Assembly: GCA_963845515.1 (NCBI GenBank)
Contig: CAWJSR010000029.1
Coordinates: 64,001-128,000 of the forward strand
From: an uncultured delta proteobacterium
Lineage (GTDB): Bacteria; Myxococcota; Myxococcia; Myxococcales; Anaeromyxobacteraceae
Direction of reading: 5' to 3'
DNA length: 64,000 nucleotides
This document shows positions 9,671-20,970 of this stretch, piece after piece; the first letter of the stretch is position 1, and every line of letters begins with the position of its first letter. The notes below the pieces were generated by a model. That model searched no databases, was not told the origin of the DNA, and saw only the letters and a program-made list of their open reading frames with translations. The position numbers and the translations under genes are program-made.

Positions 9671-10477
9671 GTGATGAAGCAGCTAGACCCGGCGCTCGCG
9701 CTGCTCGCGACGCAGAGGAAGAGCCAGTCGGCCCTGCTCCCGCAGTTCGGGCCGGACAAGATCGTGAGCTTCATGGCGACCTCCGCCGCGCCGGGCGTTC
9801 CGCCGGCGGTGGCGATCCGCGGGATCGCCTCCGTCTCGACCGGCGCCAGCGGCCCGGAGCTGGAGGTGGCGCTCAGGGGCAAGCTGCCGCGCGCGCCGGA
9901 GCGCGGCGAGTGTATCGCGGTCGCGGCGACGGCCATCGAGGACTTCCGTGGTTTCCAGATGAAGACCCACGCCCTCGTCGATCCCGCCTTCTCGTCCCGG
10001 CTGCACGGAGAGGCGGCCGGCGGCGCGCGGATCCACGCCGCCCAGGTCTTCACGATCCAGCAGGGGCCGAAGAGCGCCGACTTCTTCGAGAAGGTCCCGC
10101 TGGAGGACCTGACCGCCAGCGTCGCACGGGCCGGCTACGCGATCGTCGCCGTCGGCGAGCAGGCCAACGTCTCGCCGCGCTGGATCCTGCACCACGAGGT
10201 CCGCGACGGTGCGCTCGAGCTCTTCTCGGGCGACGCGTTCTGGTCGAAGACCTGGCTCAACGTGCGCCGGAACCCGCGCGAGGTCCGGCTCGTCCTCGAC
10301 CCCGAGACTGGGACCGGCTTCGCGATGGAGGGTGTCTCGACCGAGTTCGCCGCCGAGGAGCACCCGGTGGGGGCGGCCAGGATCCAGGAGATGTTCGCGC
10401 GGATCGGGGTCAGGAAGATCGCCCGGATGACCCGGCTCCGCGTCGAGCGGCTCTGGCCCATCGCGCTGGAGGCCTGA
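9671..10477 (+). CDS. Pyridoxamine 5'-phosphate oxidase-like (FMN split-barrel) domain protein
   Basis: C-terminal half has NVSPR...DAFWSKTWLNVRRNP. GGAGG RBS upstream. Confidence 0.55.
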   Translation: MMKQLDPALALLATQRKSQSALLPQFGPDKIVSFMATSAAPGVPPAVAIRGIASVSTGASGPELEVALRGKLPRAPERGECIAVAATAIEDFRGFQMKTHALVDPAFSSRLHGEAAGGARIHAAQVFTIQQGPKSADFFEKVPLEDLTASVARAGYAIVAVGEQANVSPRWILHHEVRDGALELFSGDAFWSKTWLNVRRNPREVRLVLDPETGTGFAMEGVSTEFAAEEHPVGAARIQEMFARIGVRKIARMTRLRVERLWPIALEA

Positions 10478-10484
10478 GCCCGCT

Positions 10485-12554
10485 TCAGCCGCCGCCGGCC
10501 GGGGGCTCGGTGCCGAGGCCAGCGAGCCTCGCCACCGCCTCCACCAGTTCCCACGGCGCGATCGGCTTGGCGAGGAAGTCGTCGAAGCCGGCTCGCAGCG
10601 CCTGCTCCTTGTCCTCCGGGAAGGCGAAGGCCGTCAGCGCCGCCGCCCGCACCTTCCCACCGGCCTGCGGGGGTAGCGCGCGGATGCGCCGGATCAGCGC
10701 GTAGCCGTCCTCGTCGGGCATCGCGATGTCCGAGAGCATGGCGGCAGGTACCGCGCGCTGCAGCTCCACGAGCGCCTCGTGCGCGCTCCGGGCCGTGCGG
10801 ACCGTCGCGCCCGCCTGCGTCAGCGCCTCACGCACCAGCTCAAGCGAGTCGGCGTCGTCGTCGACGACCAGCACCTCGACGGCGGCCAGCCCCACGAGCG
10901 CCCTCCCTGGTGGCGCCGGGATCGCCTCCACGGCCCGGACGTGCGGCTCGGGAGCCGAGAGCCGCGTGCCGATCGGCAGCCGCACGGTGAAGGCGGCCCC
11001 CTTGCCCGTGCCGTCGCTCGCGGCCTCGACCGTCCCGCCGTGCGCCTCGACCAGGTGGCGGACGATCGAGAGCCCGAGCCCGAGCCCTCCGAACGCACGC
11101 GTGCGCGAGGAGTCTGCCTGCCGGAACCGCTCGAAGACGTGCGGCAGGAACTCGGCGGGGATCCCCACGCCGTCGTCGCGAACGGTCAGCCCGGCGTGGT
11201 CCCCGTCCCTGAACAGCCTGACCTCCACCCGCCCGCCGTGCGGCGTGAACTTGATGGCGTTGGAGAGGAGGTTCCAGGTGACCTGCTGCAGGCGCGCGGG
11301 ATCGCCGACCACCGGCCCCGCGGCCGCGTCGAGCTGCCCCGCGATGGTGGTCCCGCGGGCCGTCGCGGCTGGCCGGACCGCCTCGATCGCCGCCTCCACG
11401 ACCGCCATGAGGTCCACCGGCCGCACGTAGAGCCGCAGCTCTCCTCGCTCGACGCGCGAGACGTCGAGCAGGTCGTCGACCAGCTGGGCCTGCGCCGCTG
11501 CGCTCCGCTCGATGACCTCCACCGCGCGCGCGGAGGCGCCAGGGTCGAGCTTGCCCGTCCTCAGGAGCCGAGCCCAGCCGAGCACGGCGCTGATGGGGGT
11601 CCGCAGCTCGTGCGAGACCGTGGCGATGAACTCGTCCTTGGCACGGTTGGCGCGCTCCAGGTCCAGGCGCGCGGCCTTCTCCCGCTCCAGCAGCCCGCTC
11701 CGCTCCGCCTCGGCGGCCGTCCGGGCCTCCTCGGCCTCCAGCCGGACCGCCTCTAGCGCCTCGAGCCGCACTGACGTCCACGCGGAGATGGCCGCCGCGC
11801 CGGCCATCGTCAGGGTCACGAACGCCGAGCCGACCACCGCCGGGTCGTCCGAGCGGAGCCACTCGAAGATGCCCAGGACGAAGGCTCCCACGACGGGCGG
11901 GATCGCGAAGCTGGCGACCAGGAGCCGGCGCGCCACGAAGCCCGCTGGCCGCTCCCCCGTCACGACCCGCATGAAGCCGCGCTCGGGTGCGATGAAGAGC
12001 GCCGCGACGCAGAGCAGCAGCGCGGCGGTGAGCTCCAGCATCGTCATCTGGCCGGGGCCGGCCAGCGTCCCCGAGCGCAGGAGGGTGTAGGCGTGACAGA
12101 CGAGCGCGCGGAGCGGCAGGAAGATGGCGAACAGCGCGAGGATCTGCTCCGGCCGCTGGCGCCTCGGCGACTCCCTGTCGAACAGGGCGAGGGCTGCCCC
12201 GACCGCGAGCGCCACCGTGCCGTTCGACGCGCCCCGGCCGAACGCCGCCTCCTCGTGCGAGAAGAAGAGGAAGATGCCGATGACCGCCCCGGCCCCGGCG
12301 GCGGCGCGCGCGAGCAGCGTGGCCGCGGGAGGAGAGGCGCGGAGCGAGAGGACCGCCGCTGCCCCGCCCTCCAGCACCCAGGCGATGGCGGCGAGGGTCA
12401 GCGAGCCGGTCGCCCAGTCGGGGAGCGCAGGCCCCCCTCCGTTCAGCTCGTGGGCGTTGGCGAGGAGCGCGACGCAGGCGATCGCTGCCGCGACCGCGGC
12501 GCTCGGCGTAGCGATCAGCTGTGGCACCGGCGCCCACCTCCGAGGTGAAACCAT
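10485..12554 (-). CDS. Membrane-bound hybrid histidine kinase / receiver
   Basis: Multi-TM N-terminus, SHELRTP, NLLSNAIKFT, GGLGLGL, C-terminal REC (SDIAMP). Confidence 0.92.
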   Translation of the reverse strand: MVSPRRWAPVPQLIATPSAAVAAAIACVALLANAHELNGGGPALPDWATGSLTLAAIAWVLEGGAAAVLSLRASPPAATLLARAAAGAGAVIGIFLFFSHEEAAFGRGASNGTVALAVGAALALFDRESPRRQRPEQILALFAIFLPLRALVCHAYTLLRSGTLAGPGQMTMLELTAALLLCVAALFIAPERGFMRVVTGERPAGFVARRLLVASFAIPPVVGAFVLGIFEWLRSDDPAVVGSAFVTLTMAGAAAISAWTSVRLEALEAVRLEAEEARTAAEAERSGLLEREKAARLDLERANRAKDEFIATVSHELRTPISAVLGWARLLRTGKLDPGASARAVEVIERSAAAQAQLVDDLLDVSRVERGELRLYVRPVDLMAVVEAAIEAVRPAATARGTTIAGQLDAAAGPVVGDPARLQQVTWNLLSNAIKFTPHGGRVEVRLFRDGDHAGLTVRDDGVGIPAEFLPHVFERFRQADSSRTRAFGGLGLGLSIVRHLVEAHGGTVEAASDGTGKGAAFTVRLPIGTRLSAPEPHVRAVEAIPAPPGRALVGLAAVEVLVVDDDADSLELVREALTQAGATVRTARSAHEALVELQRAVPAAMLSDIAMPDEDGYALIRRIRALPPQAGGKVRAAALTAFAFPEDKEQALRAGFDDFLAKPIAPWELVEAVARLAGLGTEPPAGGG

Positions 12555-12671
12555 GGCTTCGCCCCCGCTCCGGCCCACATCGTCGCCCCCGGGCGGCGCG
12601 GGCGCAACCGCCTCGTCACGTGAATTGGACAGCCCTCGCCACCCACACTAAGGTCCACCGAGGAGCGCCCC

Positions 12672-13175
12672 ATGAACATTACGCCCCTCGACATCACCCA
12701 GAAGCAGTTCAAGAAGGTCTTCCGCGGCTTCGACGCCGAGGAGGTCGAGGCGTTCCTCGCCCTCATCGCGACCGAGTTCGAGTCGCTCGTGAAGGAGGCC
12801 AACTTCCTCCGCGAGACCAACCAGCGCCACGTCGAGGAGATCGCGGAGAACCGCAGCCGCGAGCGGGCCCTGCAGGAGACGCTGGTCACCGCCCAGAAGG
12901 CCTCCGAGGAGATCCGCGACGCCGCCCGCAGGGAGGCGGAGATCACCCTCTCCGACGCGGAGCTACAGGCCGAGAAGATCGTCCAGGCGGGCCACGCCCG
13001 CTTCCTCCGCATCGTCGACGACATCAACGAGCTCAAGCGCCAGCGGATCCAGTTCGAGACCGGGCTGAAGACGATCGTCGAGAGCCACATCAAGCTCCTC
13101 GACGCCTTCCGCGAGCCGGCCCGCGACGAGAGCGTCCCGCTCCTGCCGCAGCGCAGGAAGACCGCCGAGGAGTGA
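12672..13175 (+). CDS. DivIVA domain coiled-coil protein
   Basis: ITPLDITQKQFKKVFRGFDAEEVEAFL followed by coiled coil. GAGGAG RBS. Confidence 0.9.
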   Translation: MNITPLDITQKQFKKVFRGFDAEEVEAFLALIATEFESLVKEANFLRETNQRHVEEIAENRSRERALQETLVTAQKASEEIRDAARREAEITLSDAELQAEKIVQAGHARFLRIVDDINELKRQRIQFETGLKTIVESHIKLLDAFREPARDESVPLLPQRRKTAEE

Positions 13176-13219
13176 CGGTCGAGTACCCGATCGCCTTCAC
13201 GTCCTCGAGGTAGCGGTCG

Positions 13220-13420
13220 TCACTCCCCCCTCATGGGGCACCCGTACTCCACGACCTCGATCGCCGCGTCGCGGTGACGCTCGCGGAGCATCGCCGCGTA
13301 CTCCTCGGCGCGAGCGCGATTGCGCGTCCCGCAGATCGGCGGCTCGAGCCGCTCGCCGGGCTGGACGACCGGCGAGGTGCACGCCGGCTCGCCGTTCACG
13401 GTGACGTGGAAGATCGCCAT
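13220..13420 (-). CDS. Small hypothetical protein (66 aa, three Cys)
   Basis: MAIFHVTVNGEPAC...PICG...EYGCPMRGE. GAGGG before the ATG, just after the inferred polA stop. Confidence 0.55.
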   Translation of the reverse strand: MAIFHVTVNGEPACTSPVVQPGERLEPPICGTRNRARAEEYAAMLRERHRDAAIEVVEYGCPMRGE

Positions 13421-13437
13421 CCCTCGCGCCGGGCCGC

Positions 13438-16215
13438 TCAGTGGGCGTCGGCCCAGGATTGGCCGTGGCCCGACCTCGACGTCCAGCGGGACGTCCAGCG
13501 TCGCGGCCGCCGCCATCTCGCGCCGGAGGAGGGGCTCGACCAGCGCCACCTCCGCCTCCGGCGTCTCGACCACGAGCTCGTCGTGGACCTGGAGGAGCAG
13601 CCTGGAACGGCCCGAGATCGCGGGCAGCGCCGCGTGGACCCTCAGCATCGCGAGCTTCACGATGTCCGCGGCCGTCCCCTGGATGGGCGTGTTGACCGCC
13701 ATCCGCTCCGCCGCCATCCGCAGCCCCTGGTTGCGCGAGGTGATCTCCGGGAGCGGCCGCTCCCGCCCCCAGAGCGTGCGGACCGAGCCGGTGCGCTTCG
13801 CGTCGGCGATGGTCTGGTCGAGCCACCTCCGGACCCCCGCGTAGCGCTTGAAGTAGGCGTCGATGATCGACTGCGCCCGGTCCCGCGGCAGGTCGAGCCG
13901 TGCCGCCAGCCCGAAGGCGGAGAGGCCGTACGCGATCCCGAAGTTGAGCACCTTGGCGATCCGGCGCTGGTCGGGCGTCACCTGGTCGGGCGCGACCTCG
14001 AAGGTCTGGGCGGCGGTCCGCGTCGTGGACGTCCTCCCCGAGCCGGAAGGACTCGAGGAGCGCCGCGTCCTTCGAGTAGTGGGCGAGGATCCGCAGCTCG
14101 ATCTGCGAGTAGTCGGCCGACACGAGCCGCATCCCCGCCGGCGGCCACGAACGCGGCGCGGATCCGGCGCGAGATCTCCGTCCGGATGGGGATGTTCTGC
14201 AGGTTCGGGTCGGACGAGGAGAGCCGCCCGGTCGCCGCCCCTGCCTGGTTGAAGGTGGTGTGGATCCGGCCGTCCGCCGGGTCGATCAGCAGCGGCAGCG
14301 CGTCGACGTAGGTCCCCTTCAGCTTCGAGAGCGACCGGTGCTCCAGCACGAGCCCCGGCAGCGGGTGGAGCTCGGCCAGCTTCTCGAGCACCTCCTGGTC
14401 CGTGGAGGGCCCCGTCTTGAGCTGCCGCTGGACCGGGAGCGACAGCTCCTCGAAGAGGACCCGTGCGAGCTCCCGCGTCGAGGCGATGTTGAACGAGTGG
14501 CCGGCCGCAGAGTGGATCCGCGCCTCGAGCTCGCGCATCGCGCCGCCGAACTCGGCGCTCATCCCCTCCATCGCGCCCCGGTCGACGCCGATCCCGGTCC
14601 GCTCCATCTCCGCCAGCACCGGCACCAGCGGCAGCTCCACCTCGCGGTAGAGCCGCGAGAGGCCGCGCGCCTCGAGCTCCGCGACGATCGCGTCCGCGAC
14701 CCGCGGCAGCGCCGCGGCCGACGTCCCCGCCCACGGCGCGATCGCCTCGACGGGCAGCCCCTCGAGCCCGGGACCGCCGCGGGCGGCGACGGGCTCGGGC
14801 GGCAGGTCGATGCCGGCGCGCTCGCGGGCGACGTCCTCCAGCAGGTGCTCTCGCCGCGTCGGTACGAGGAGGCGGTTGGCCAGGTCGGTGTCCTCACCGG
14901 GCGCGGTGAGCGCCAGGCCGATCCGCGCGAGGGCGTGGAGCGCACGCTTCCGATCGTGCGCGTGTCGCGGCAGCGCCCCCGAGACCAGCGGCGCCAGCCC
15001 CTTCGCCACCGCGCCGGCGCCGAGCTGGGCCGGCGCCCCGAGGTAGTGGTGCGTGAGCGGCACGTAGAACGCGCGCCCGCCCCCCGCGAAGGCGACGCCG
15101 ACGACCAGCGCGCGCATCGGGCTCCCGGCACCCAGCACCGGGAGGATGCCGGCGGCCACGCCGGCGACGGAGGCGACCGCCTCGCCGAGCGCCCCCTCGT
15201 CGAGCAGCACCTCCACCTTCGCGTGCTCGGCGGGGGTGGGGGTCGCCGGGGGCGCTGACGCCGCCGGAGCGGCCTGCGATCCTGCCGGCGCCGCTGACGC
15301 ATCGAGGTGCGCCGGACCGCCGGCCCCGAGCTCTGCGGCCTGCAGGTCGCGCAGCAGCCGCCCGAACTCGAGCTCCTTGAAGAGCGCCCTGGCGCGCTCC
15401 GGGTCGATCGCCCTGCGCGCGAAGGCACCGGGCTCGAACGGGAGCGAGAGATCGCGCCGCAGCTCGACCAGCTTCCGGTTGAGCCTGAGCCGCTCGGCGC
15501 TGGCGACGATCTTCTCCTTCAGCTTCTCCCCTCCCCGCGTCACCGCCGTGGGGATCTCGTCGGGGCGCGCCAGCATCGCCTCGACCGTGCCGAAGTGCTG
15601 GATCAACGCCGCCGCGGTCTTCTCTCCGACCCCGGGGATCCCGGGCACGTTGTCGACCTTGTCGCCGAGGAGCGACTGGTACTCGACCACCTGCTCCGGC
15701 GGGACGCCCATCTTGGCGATCACCTCGGGCACCCGCAGCCAGCCCCCGCGCCCGCTCGCCTCGGCCATCGGGTCGTAGAGCACGAGCCTGTCGTCCACCA
15801 GCTGCGTGAAGTCCTTGTCGCCCGTGACCACCACGACGTCGAACCCCTGGGCGCGCGCGCGGTCGGCCAGCGTCGCGATGATGTCGTCGGCCTCGAACCC
15901 GACCTCCTCCAGGACGTGCACGTTCAGGGCACGGGCGACGTCGCGGACGAGCGGGAACTGCGGGACCAGGTCGTCGGGCGGCGGGGGGCGGTTGGCCTTG
16001 TAGTCGGGGTAGAGGTCGTTCCTGAAGCTCCTCCGCCCCGCGTCGAAGACCAGCGCCACGTGCGTCGGGGCGTGCTCGCGCAGCGCCTTCAGCAGCATCG
16101 TGGTGAAGCCGTAGACCGCGTTGGTGGGGACCCCCTTCGACGAGGAGAGGTGCGGGATCGCGTGGTAGGCGCGGAAGATGAAGCCCGAGCCGTCGATGAG
16201 GGTCAGTGTCGGCAT
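13438..16215 (-). CDS. polA: DNA polymerase I, split by three +1 frameshifts (probably sequencing errors)
   Basis: 5'-3' exonuclease (IDGSGFIFRAYHA, EADDII, GDKD), TGRLSSSDPNLQNIP, DYSQIELR, KVLNFGIAYG, QVHDEL. Frame changes near 14143, 14024 and 13470 restore ...GQSWADAH*. Confidence 0.93.
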
Positions 16216-16231
16216 GCGGCGTCGCGTCGCC

Positions 16232-16765
16232 TCAGCGGACGCGGAGCTTCCAGGTCGTGCGGGCGCCCGACGGGTCGACGACGACCAGCGAGGCGGAGCC
16301 CGCGGCGACCCCACGGATGCGGAGGCTGCGCCCGTCCTGGACCGCGCGAGCCACGCCGTTGTCCTCGAGGAGCACCTGGGCCCCGGCTGGCGCCGGGAGC
16401 GTGCGCTCCTGACCGACCTCCAGCTCGATCTCGTCCGGCGCGAGCGGCTTCGCCGCGGTCCTCCCGAGCGGCTCGATCGCCACGTCGAACGTCGCGGTCG
16501 CCCCGTCGGCGAAGACCACGTCCAGCTGGACCCTGCCCGGGCGCAGGCCGGTGAGCCGGACCGTGCTGCCGGTGGCCTTCAGCCCGATCGCGTCGGGATC
16601 GCTCACCGCGAGCCGCCGGACGGACTGGGCGAACTCCAGCGTGACCACCTGGCGCTCGACTACGATCACCGGCGCCGCCGCGCCTCCCGACCCAGGGACC
16701 GCCAGCGCGAGCGCGAGCAGCGCCGCCTGGCGGACCCACACACCGGCGATCACCGGAGCACGCAT
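16232..16765 (-). CDS. Secreted protein with pilus-assembly N-terminal (CpaC-like) domains
   Basis: Signal peptide and two small beta-rich repeats (LAVSDPDAIG...LTGLRPGRVQL; IRGVAAGSASL). Confidence 0.6.
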   Translation of the reverse strand: MRAPVIAGVWVRQAALLALALAVPGSGGAAAPVIVVERQVVTLEFAQSVRRLAVSDPDAIGLKATGSTVRLTGLRPGRVQLDVVFADGATATFDVAIEPLGRTAAKPLAPDEIELEVGQERTLPAPAGAQVLLEDNGVARAVQDGRSLRIRGVAAGSASLVVVDPSGARTTWKLRVR

Positions 16766-17334
16766 CTGACCTTCTCGGAGGAGATGAAGAACTCGTCGCC
16801 GTCCTCGATCCGGCGGCGGTCGATCCGCGCACGCTGGAACCAGGTCCCGTTGGCGGATCCCAGGTCCTGGATGTACCAGCCGTCCGACTCCCGGACGATC
16901 GCGGCGTGCTCGCGCGAGACCTTGGCGCTGTCGACGATCAGGTCGCAGTGCTTCCCGCGCCCGATGAGGAAGCGATCGGCAGAGACCTTGTCGATCTCTC
17001 CGCCCTCGCCGACGATGTAGAGGGTGCCCGGCCGCTCGACCGGCGCCTCGCCCGTCGGAGTCCGCTCGGACCCGGCGATGTCGTCCTCGAGCGCCGCCGC
17101 TGCCTCCAGGACCCGTCGGGCAGCTTCGCGCCGCGCCGGATCGAAGCCCGCTGGCCCCGGTGGCGGCGTTCCTGCGCCCTCGGGCGCACCCGGCAGGATG
17201 TAGCCGTGCTGGCGCGCCCAGGAGTGGATGGCCTGGTTGAGGATGGGCTCGGGGTCGGAGCCCATGTCGGCCGCCATTCGCTCCAGCGCCTCCCAGAGGT
17301 GGTCGGCGATGGGGATGGGACGAACGGTCTTCAC
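16750..17334 (-). CDS. FHA domain protein
   Basis: IGRG, SREHA, DLGSANGT. The N-terminus resembles a ribbon-helix-helix segment. Confidence 0.88.
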   Translation of the reverse strand: MKTVRPIPIADHLWEALERMAADMGSDPEPILNQAIHSWARQHGYILPGAPEGAGTPPPGPAGFDPARREAARRVLEAAAALEDDIAGSERTPTGEAPVERPGTLYIVGEGGEIDKVSADRFLIGRGKHCDLIVDSAKVSREHAAIVRESDGWYIQDLGSANGTWFQRARIDRRRIEDGDEFFISSEKVRCVLR

Positions 17335-17389
17335 GGGCTACCCCTTCACCCGGCGCACCAGGCGCCTCGAAGTGAAGCGTATCACGGGG

Positions 17390-19654
17390 TCACCGGATGA
17401 CCGACATGCTCCCGGTCGCGCCGCCCGTGGAGAACCTCACGACCAGTCCAGCCGTGTAGCTCACCCAGACCGCCGGATCGCCGCTGACCACCGGAGCGAT
17501 CGCCAGCCCCGACGGGAGCGAAGAGGCCAGCGCGGTGCCCTCGTCGATTGGGTGGCGCCCGGAGCGGACGAGGCCGCTCGCCGTCGTCAAGCGGAGGGCG
17601 GTCCCTTCCGGGGGTTCGGCGGTCGTCGGCTGGTTGCTCGCGTCCACGAACCCGGCGGTGAGCCCCAGCGCCGGGCCGTCAGGAAACGGGAAGCCCAGGC
17701 TGAGCGGAGGGGCCATCCAGGTGGCGTCGCACCTGGTCGCGTCGGTGCAGGGATCGGTGACGTAGAAGAGGCGCGGGAAGCGTCCGGGGAAGACCGTCGA
17801 ATCGACCACGTGCTCCGCGTCGAGCGCGGGGCGACCAGCGTAGCCGGACTTCGATCCCACGAGCACCAGCCCGCTCGCGCGGAAGACGGCGGCGCCCGGC
17901 AGCGGCGCGCCGAAGGCCGGCGTTCCCAGCAGGCAGGCCGGTGGGGTGAGCTGCGCCCGGCCGCCCGGGCGGTCGGCGTCCGCCGGGAGCATCGCCTCGA
18001 CGACCGGCTTGCTGCCGTCCAGGCAGCCGTTTCCGCTCGAGGAGAGCTCGATCGTCGTCTGGTTGGGTACGACGCCCAGGGAGGCGTCGCCCAGGTTCGC
18101 CGACGCCACCGGGTTGGCGGCGCCGACCTGGACGGCAAGCGAGAGGACGGAGCCGTCCCAGTAAAGGAGCGCGGCGCGCCCGTCGAGCGCCGGGAGCACC
18201 CCCTTCCACGTGAGGGTCCACTCGTCGTCCGGCGTGAAGCCGGGCGTCACGCGGACGCTGGAGAGCAGATCCGCAGTGAGGGCCGAGAGCGTCACGTGGT
18301 CGAGAGACCAGAGCGCGATCGCGCTGGCGGTCGCGTCGACCAGGGTTGCCGTAGCCGTCCTGACGCCCGTCTTCCCCGCCCCTACTAGCGGCGACGTCTC
18401 GCTCGCCATGGCCCACCGCGCGAGGTCGACGAGGTAGGCCCTGCCGTCGGTCGCCGTGACCACTGCGACCCCCGTCGTTGGCCTCGTGCCGGCCCCCGAG
18501 GTGAGCTGGAGCGTGCTCCCGGCGTCCCTGCCCACCGCGAGGATGGACACGACCGGCGCTGGGAATTCGATGGGGAGCAGGTACGCACCCTCCCCCGCGA
18601 CGCGGTCGAGGAGCGGAACGACGTTCCCCAGGAGATGGCCGATCGCCGGATCCGGGATCGCCAGCGACGGATCCAGGGCGAGCAGGCCGCAGGGAACCGA
18701 GCTTGCGCCGCACGCGCTCGGATCGGGGAGCGCGAAGACGCGTGGGACCGTGGCCCCGAAGGTGTCGGTTGCGAGATCCCAGGCGCCGAGGCTCACCGCC
18801 GCGACCGCCTCGGTCGGGACGCGAGCGTCGAGCTCGCGCCGCGTCCAGTCCGCCGGGCCGGCCGGCACCGACGGGAGCTTCAGCTCGGCCACGCCCAGCG
18901 CGCCGTCCGGGAGGCGCGTGCGCGAGGCCGCGTACACGAACCTGGCGTCGCGCCCCTGCGAGAGCGAGACCGGATCGAAGCCCAGCCCGGTGAGGACGGT
19001 CACCGTCGGCGCGCCGATCGCCTTGAGGGTCAGGTCCGCCGGATCGCGGCGGAAGTCGAGCACCGCCAGCCGCCCGCCGGAGAGGCCGACGAGGATCCTC
19101 CCGACGCCGGGCGCCGCGGTGCCGTCGTCCACGAGGGCCGGCACGGCTGCGCCGGTGATCGAGAGGATCTCGGCGCCCGGGGCGAGGGCCCCGAGGTCCA
19201 CCTGGACCGGGACGCCGGCCGGCGTGAGGAGCGGCTGGGGGTAGCCGCTCCACGTGTCGATCAGCTCGACGACGCTGGAGCCGCCCGCGACCACCACCAG
19301 CGCGTCGGGCAGGTCATGGGTGTTCCGGACGGTGCCGACCACCGCGCCGTCGCCCAAATCCACCGACGCGAGCCAGAGCGGGCGGCCCTGGAACGGGACC
19401 GAGAGCGGGAAGATGATCCCCGGAGACTCCACGATCTCGTTGTCGGTCGTGTCGATGAGCCTCAGCTCGTCCCCGCGCTCGTTGGCCACCGCCAGGTACG
19501 GGCGGATCGATCCGGACTCGTGGGCGACGATCCCGTCGAAGACGGCGAGGGCGCCGGGGCCACGCAGGATCGCGCCGGGCTTCTCGTCGCCCCCGGAGCA
19601 GGCGGCCGCGAGCGCGGAGAGGACGAGGAGCGTGAGCGTGCGAGCGCGCTTCAT
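17390..19654 (-). CDS. Large lipoprotein of unknown function
   Basis: Lipobox LAAAC after a hydrophobic leader, beta-rich body, paired cysteines. ATGA overlap with the upstream lipoprotein. Confidence 0.75.
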   Translation of the reverse strand: MKRARTLTLLVLSALAAACSGGDEKPGAILRGPGALAVFDGIVAHESGSIRPYLAVANERGDELRLIDTTDNEIVESPGIIFPLSVPFQGRPLWLASVDLGDGAVVGTVRNTHDLPDALVVVAGGSSVVELIDTWSGYPQPLLTPAGVPVQVDLGALAPGAEILSITGAAVPALVDDGTAAPGVGRILVGLSGGRLAVLDFRRDPADLTLKAIGAPTVTVLTGLGFDPVSLSQGRDARFVYAASRTRLPDGALGVAELKLPSVPAGPADWTRRELDARVPTEAVAAVSLGAWDLATDTFGATVPRVFALPDPSACGASSVPCGLLALDPSLAIPDPAIGHLLGNVVPLLDRVAGEGAYLLPIEFPAPVVSILAVGRDAGSTLQLTSGAGTRPTTGVAVVTATDGRAYLVDLARWAMASETSPLVGAGKTGVRTATATLVDATASAIALWSLDHVTLSALTADLLSSVRVTPGFTPDDEWTLTWKGVLPALDGRAALLYWDGSVLSLAVQVGAANPVASANLGDASLGVVPNQTTIELSSSGNGCLDGSKPVVEAMLPADADRPGGRAQLTPPACLLGTPAFGAPLPGAAVFRASGLVLVGSKSGYAGRPALDAEHVVDSTVFPGRFPRLFYVTDPCTDATRCDATWMAPPLSLGFPFPDGPALGLTAGFVDASNQPTTAEPPEGTALRLTTASGLVRSGRHPIDEGTALASSLPSGLAIAPVVSGDPAVWVSYTAGLVVRFSTGGATGSMSVIR

Positions 19655-20970
19655 GGTGCGAGCACTCCGATGCGCTCCGGCTCCGGAGACGCCGAGGGAT
19701 TGGCCGGATCGAGGAGGAAGCGCGTGACTGTGTGGCCGCCGAAGGCGGCGGAGTACACCCAGGCCGGCGAGCCGGGTGACGGCTGGTCCACGGCCAGGGC
19801 CATCGGCTGATCCCCGAAGATCGGCCTCCCCTTCGTGTCGTGCCCCACCAGCGCGGCGACGACCTCCGCCTCCGCGTCGTAGACGACCAGGAGATCGCCG
19901 TCGAGCACGGTCACGACGACGACGTCCCGCTGGGGGGCCGCGCGACGGACGACCGCCACGTCGCCGACCGACGGGCCCAGCGAGAGCGCGCCGCGGACGA
20001 CCACGACGGGGCGTCCGTCGGTGCCAGCGGTCACGTCCATCACCAGGAGGACGCCGCCGATGTCGTAGAAGGGCCGGTCCCCCGTGGAGGCCTGCGACTC
20101 GGCGTCGTAGAGCCGGGCAGTCGCGTAGATCCGCTGCGGCGCGCCGACCATCGGGGAGCCGATGGCGAGGGAGCGAAGCTCCGCGCCCCACACGTCCGGG
20201 AAGAGGTCGACCGTGTCGACCGCCTCCCGCGGCGTGGGGCCGCTCCAGCGGGCATCCGACAGCACGACCGAGTGGAGCAGCGCACGCGCGCCGGAGGACT
20301 GGCTCGCGAACCAGAGCCGATCGGCGGCTTGATCGTAGGCCATGGAGCGGATCGGCCCGTCGCCGAGGTCGATGGCGCGGCCAGGGACGGCAGGATCGTT
20401 CAGGTCGAACTCGGTGATCCAGGAGGCTGGCCCCGAGCCGTGGGTCGAGTCCGGCGGATCGAGCCAGCCGACGTAGGCCTTGCGGCGGGTCCCGTCGGTG
20501 CGGCAGGCCACGCCGACGGCGAAGGGGTCCTTGCCAGCCGCGCGAACGCAGCCCGCGCCGCAGGAGAGGCTCCCGTCGGAGCCGATCCCGAAGGTGTAGA
20601 GGACGTCGTCGTAGCGCGACGCCACGAGCGCCGAGGCGCCCGCGCCGATGCCGGGGCAGTTCGTGCCGTCGGCGACGGCGACCGCGCCCGAGTAGCTGGC
20701 GATCCGCTCGCCGTCGCGCAGCGGCGAGAGCGCCGGAGTCAACGGATCCGGGAGGACGGAGAGGAGCGTGCCCCCCTCCTCGGCCGAGTACCGCAGGTCG
20801 AAGTTGGACGAGGCGACCAGGAGGGCCGTCCCGCCGCTCACCCCGGTGGTGGCGAGCCCGGTCGGGAAGTAGAACGCGCCGTACGAGGGGAGAGGATCCG
20901 ACTGCTCCTCCGGGTTGCAGGCAGCGAGCCCCATCGCAAGCAGGACGGCGACCTGACCTCTGCGCCGCAT
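19651..20970 (-). CDS. Lipoprotein, probable beta-propeller
   Basis: Lipobox [13 protein letters not shown]...[12 protein letters not shown]. Its start overlaps the glyS stop. Confidence 0.75.
   Translation of the reverse strand: MRRRGQVAVLLAMGLAACNPEEQSDPLPSYGAFYFPTGLATTGVSGGTALLVASSNFDLRYSAEEGGTLLSVLPDPLTPALSPLRDGERIASYSGAVAVADGTNCPGIGAGASALVASRYDDVLYTFGIGSDGSLSCGAGCVRAAGKDPFAVGVACRTDGTRRKAYVGWLDPPDSTHGSGPASWITEFDLNDPAVPGRAIDLGDGPIRSMAYDQAADRLWFASQSSGARALLHSVVLSDARWSGPTPREAVDTVDLFPDVWGAELRSLAIGSPMVGAPQRIYATARLYDAESQASTGDRPFYDIGGVLLVMDVTAGTDGRPVVVVRGALSLGPSVGDVAVVRRAAPQRDVVVVTVLDGDLLVVYDAEAEVVAALVGHDTKGRPIFGDQPMALAVDQPSPGSPAWVYSAAFGGHTVTRFLLDPANPSASPEPERIGVLAP

Noticed and set aside
12672..13175. 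DivIVA in a diderm as a novelty
   Set aside because: DivIVA-domain proteins are already known in deltaproteobacterial lineages.
13438..16215. polA and cysS as true pseudogenes or programmed frameshift genes
   Set aside because: Catalytic motifs are intact, all breaks are single-base insertions, and no slippery motif is shared; sequencing error is more parsimonious.
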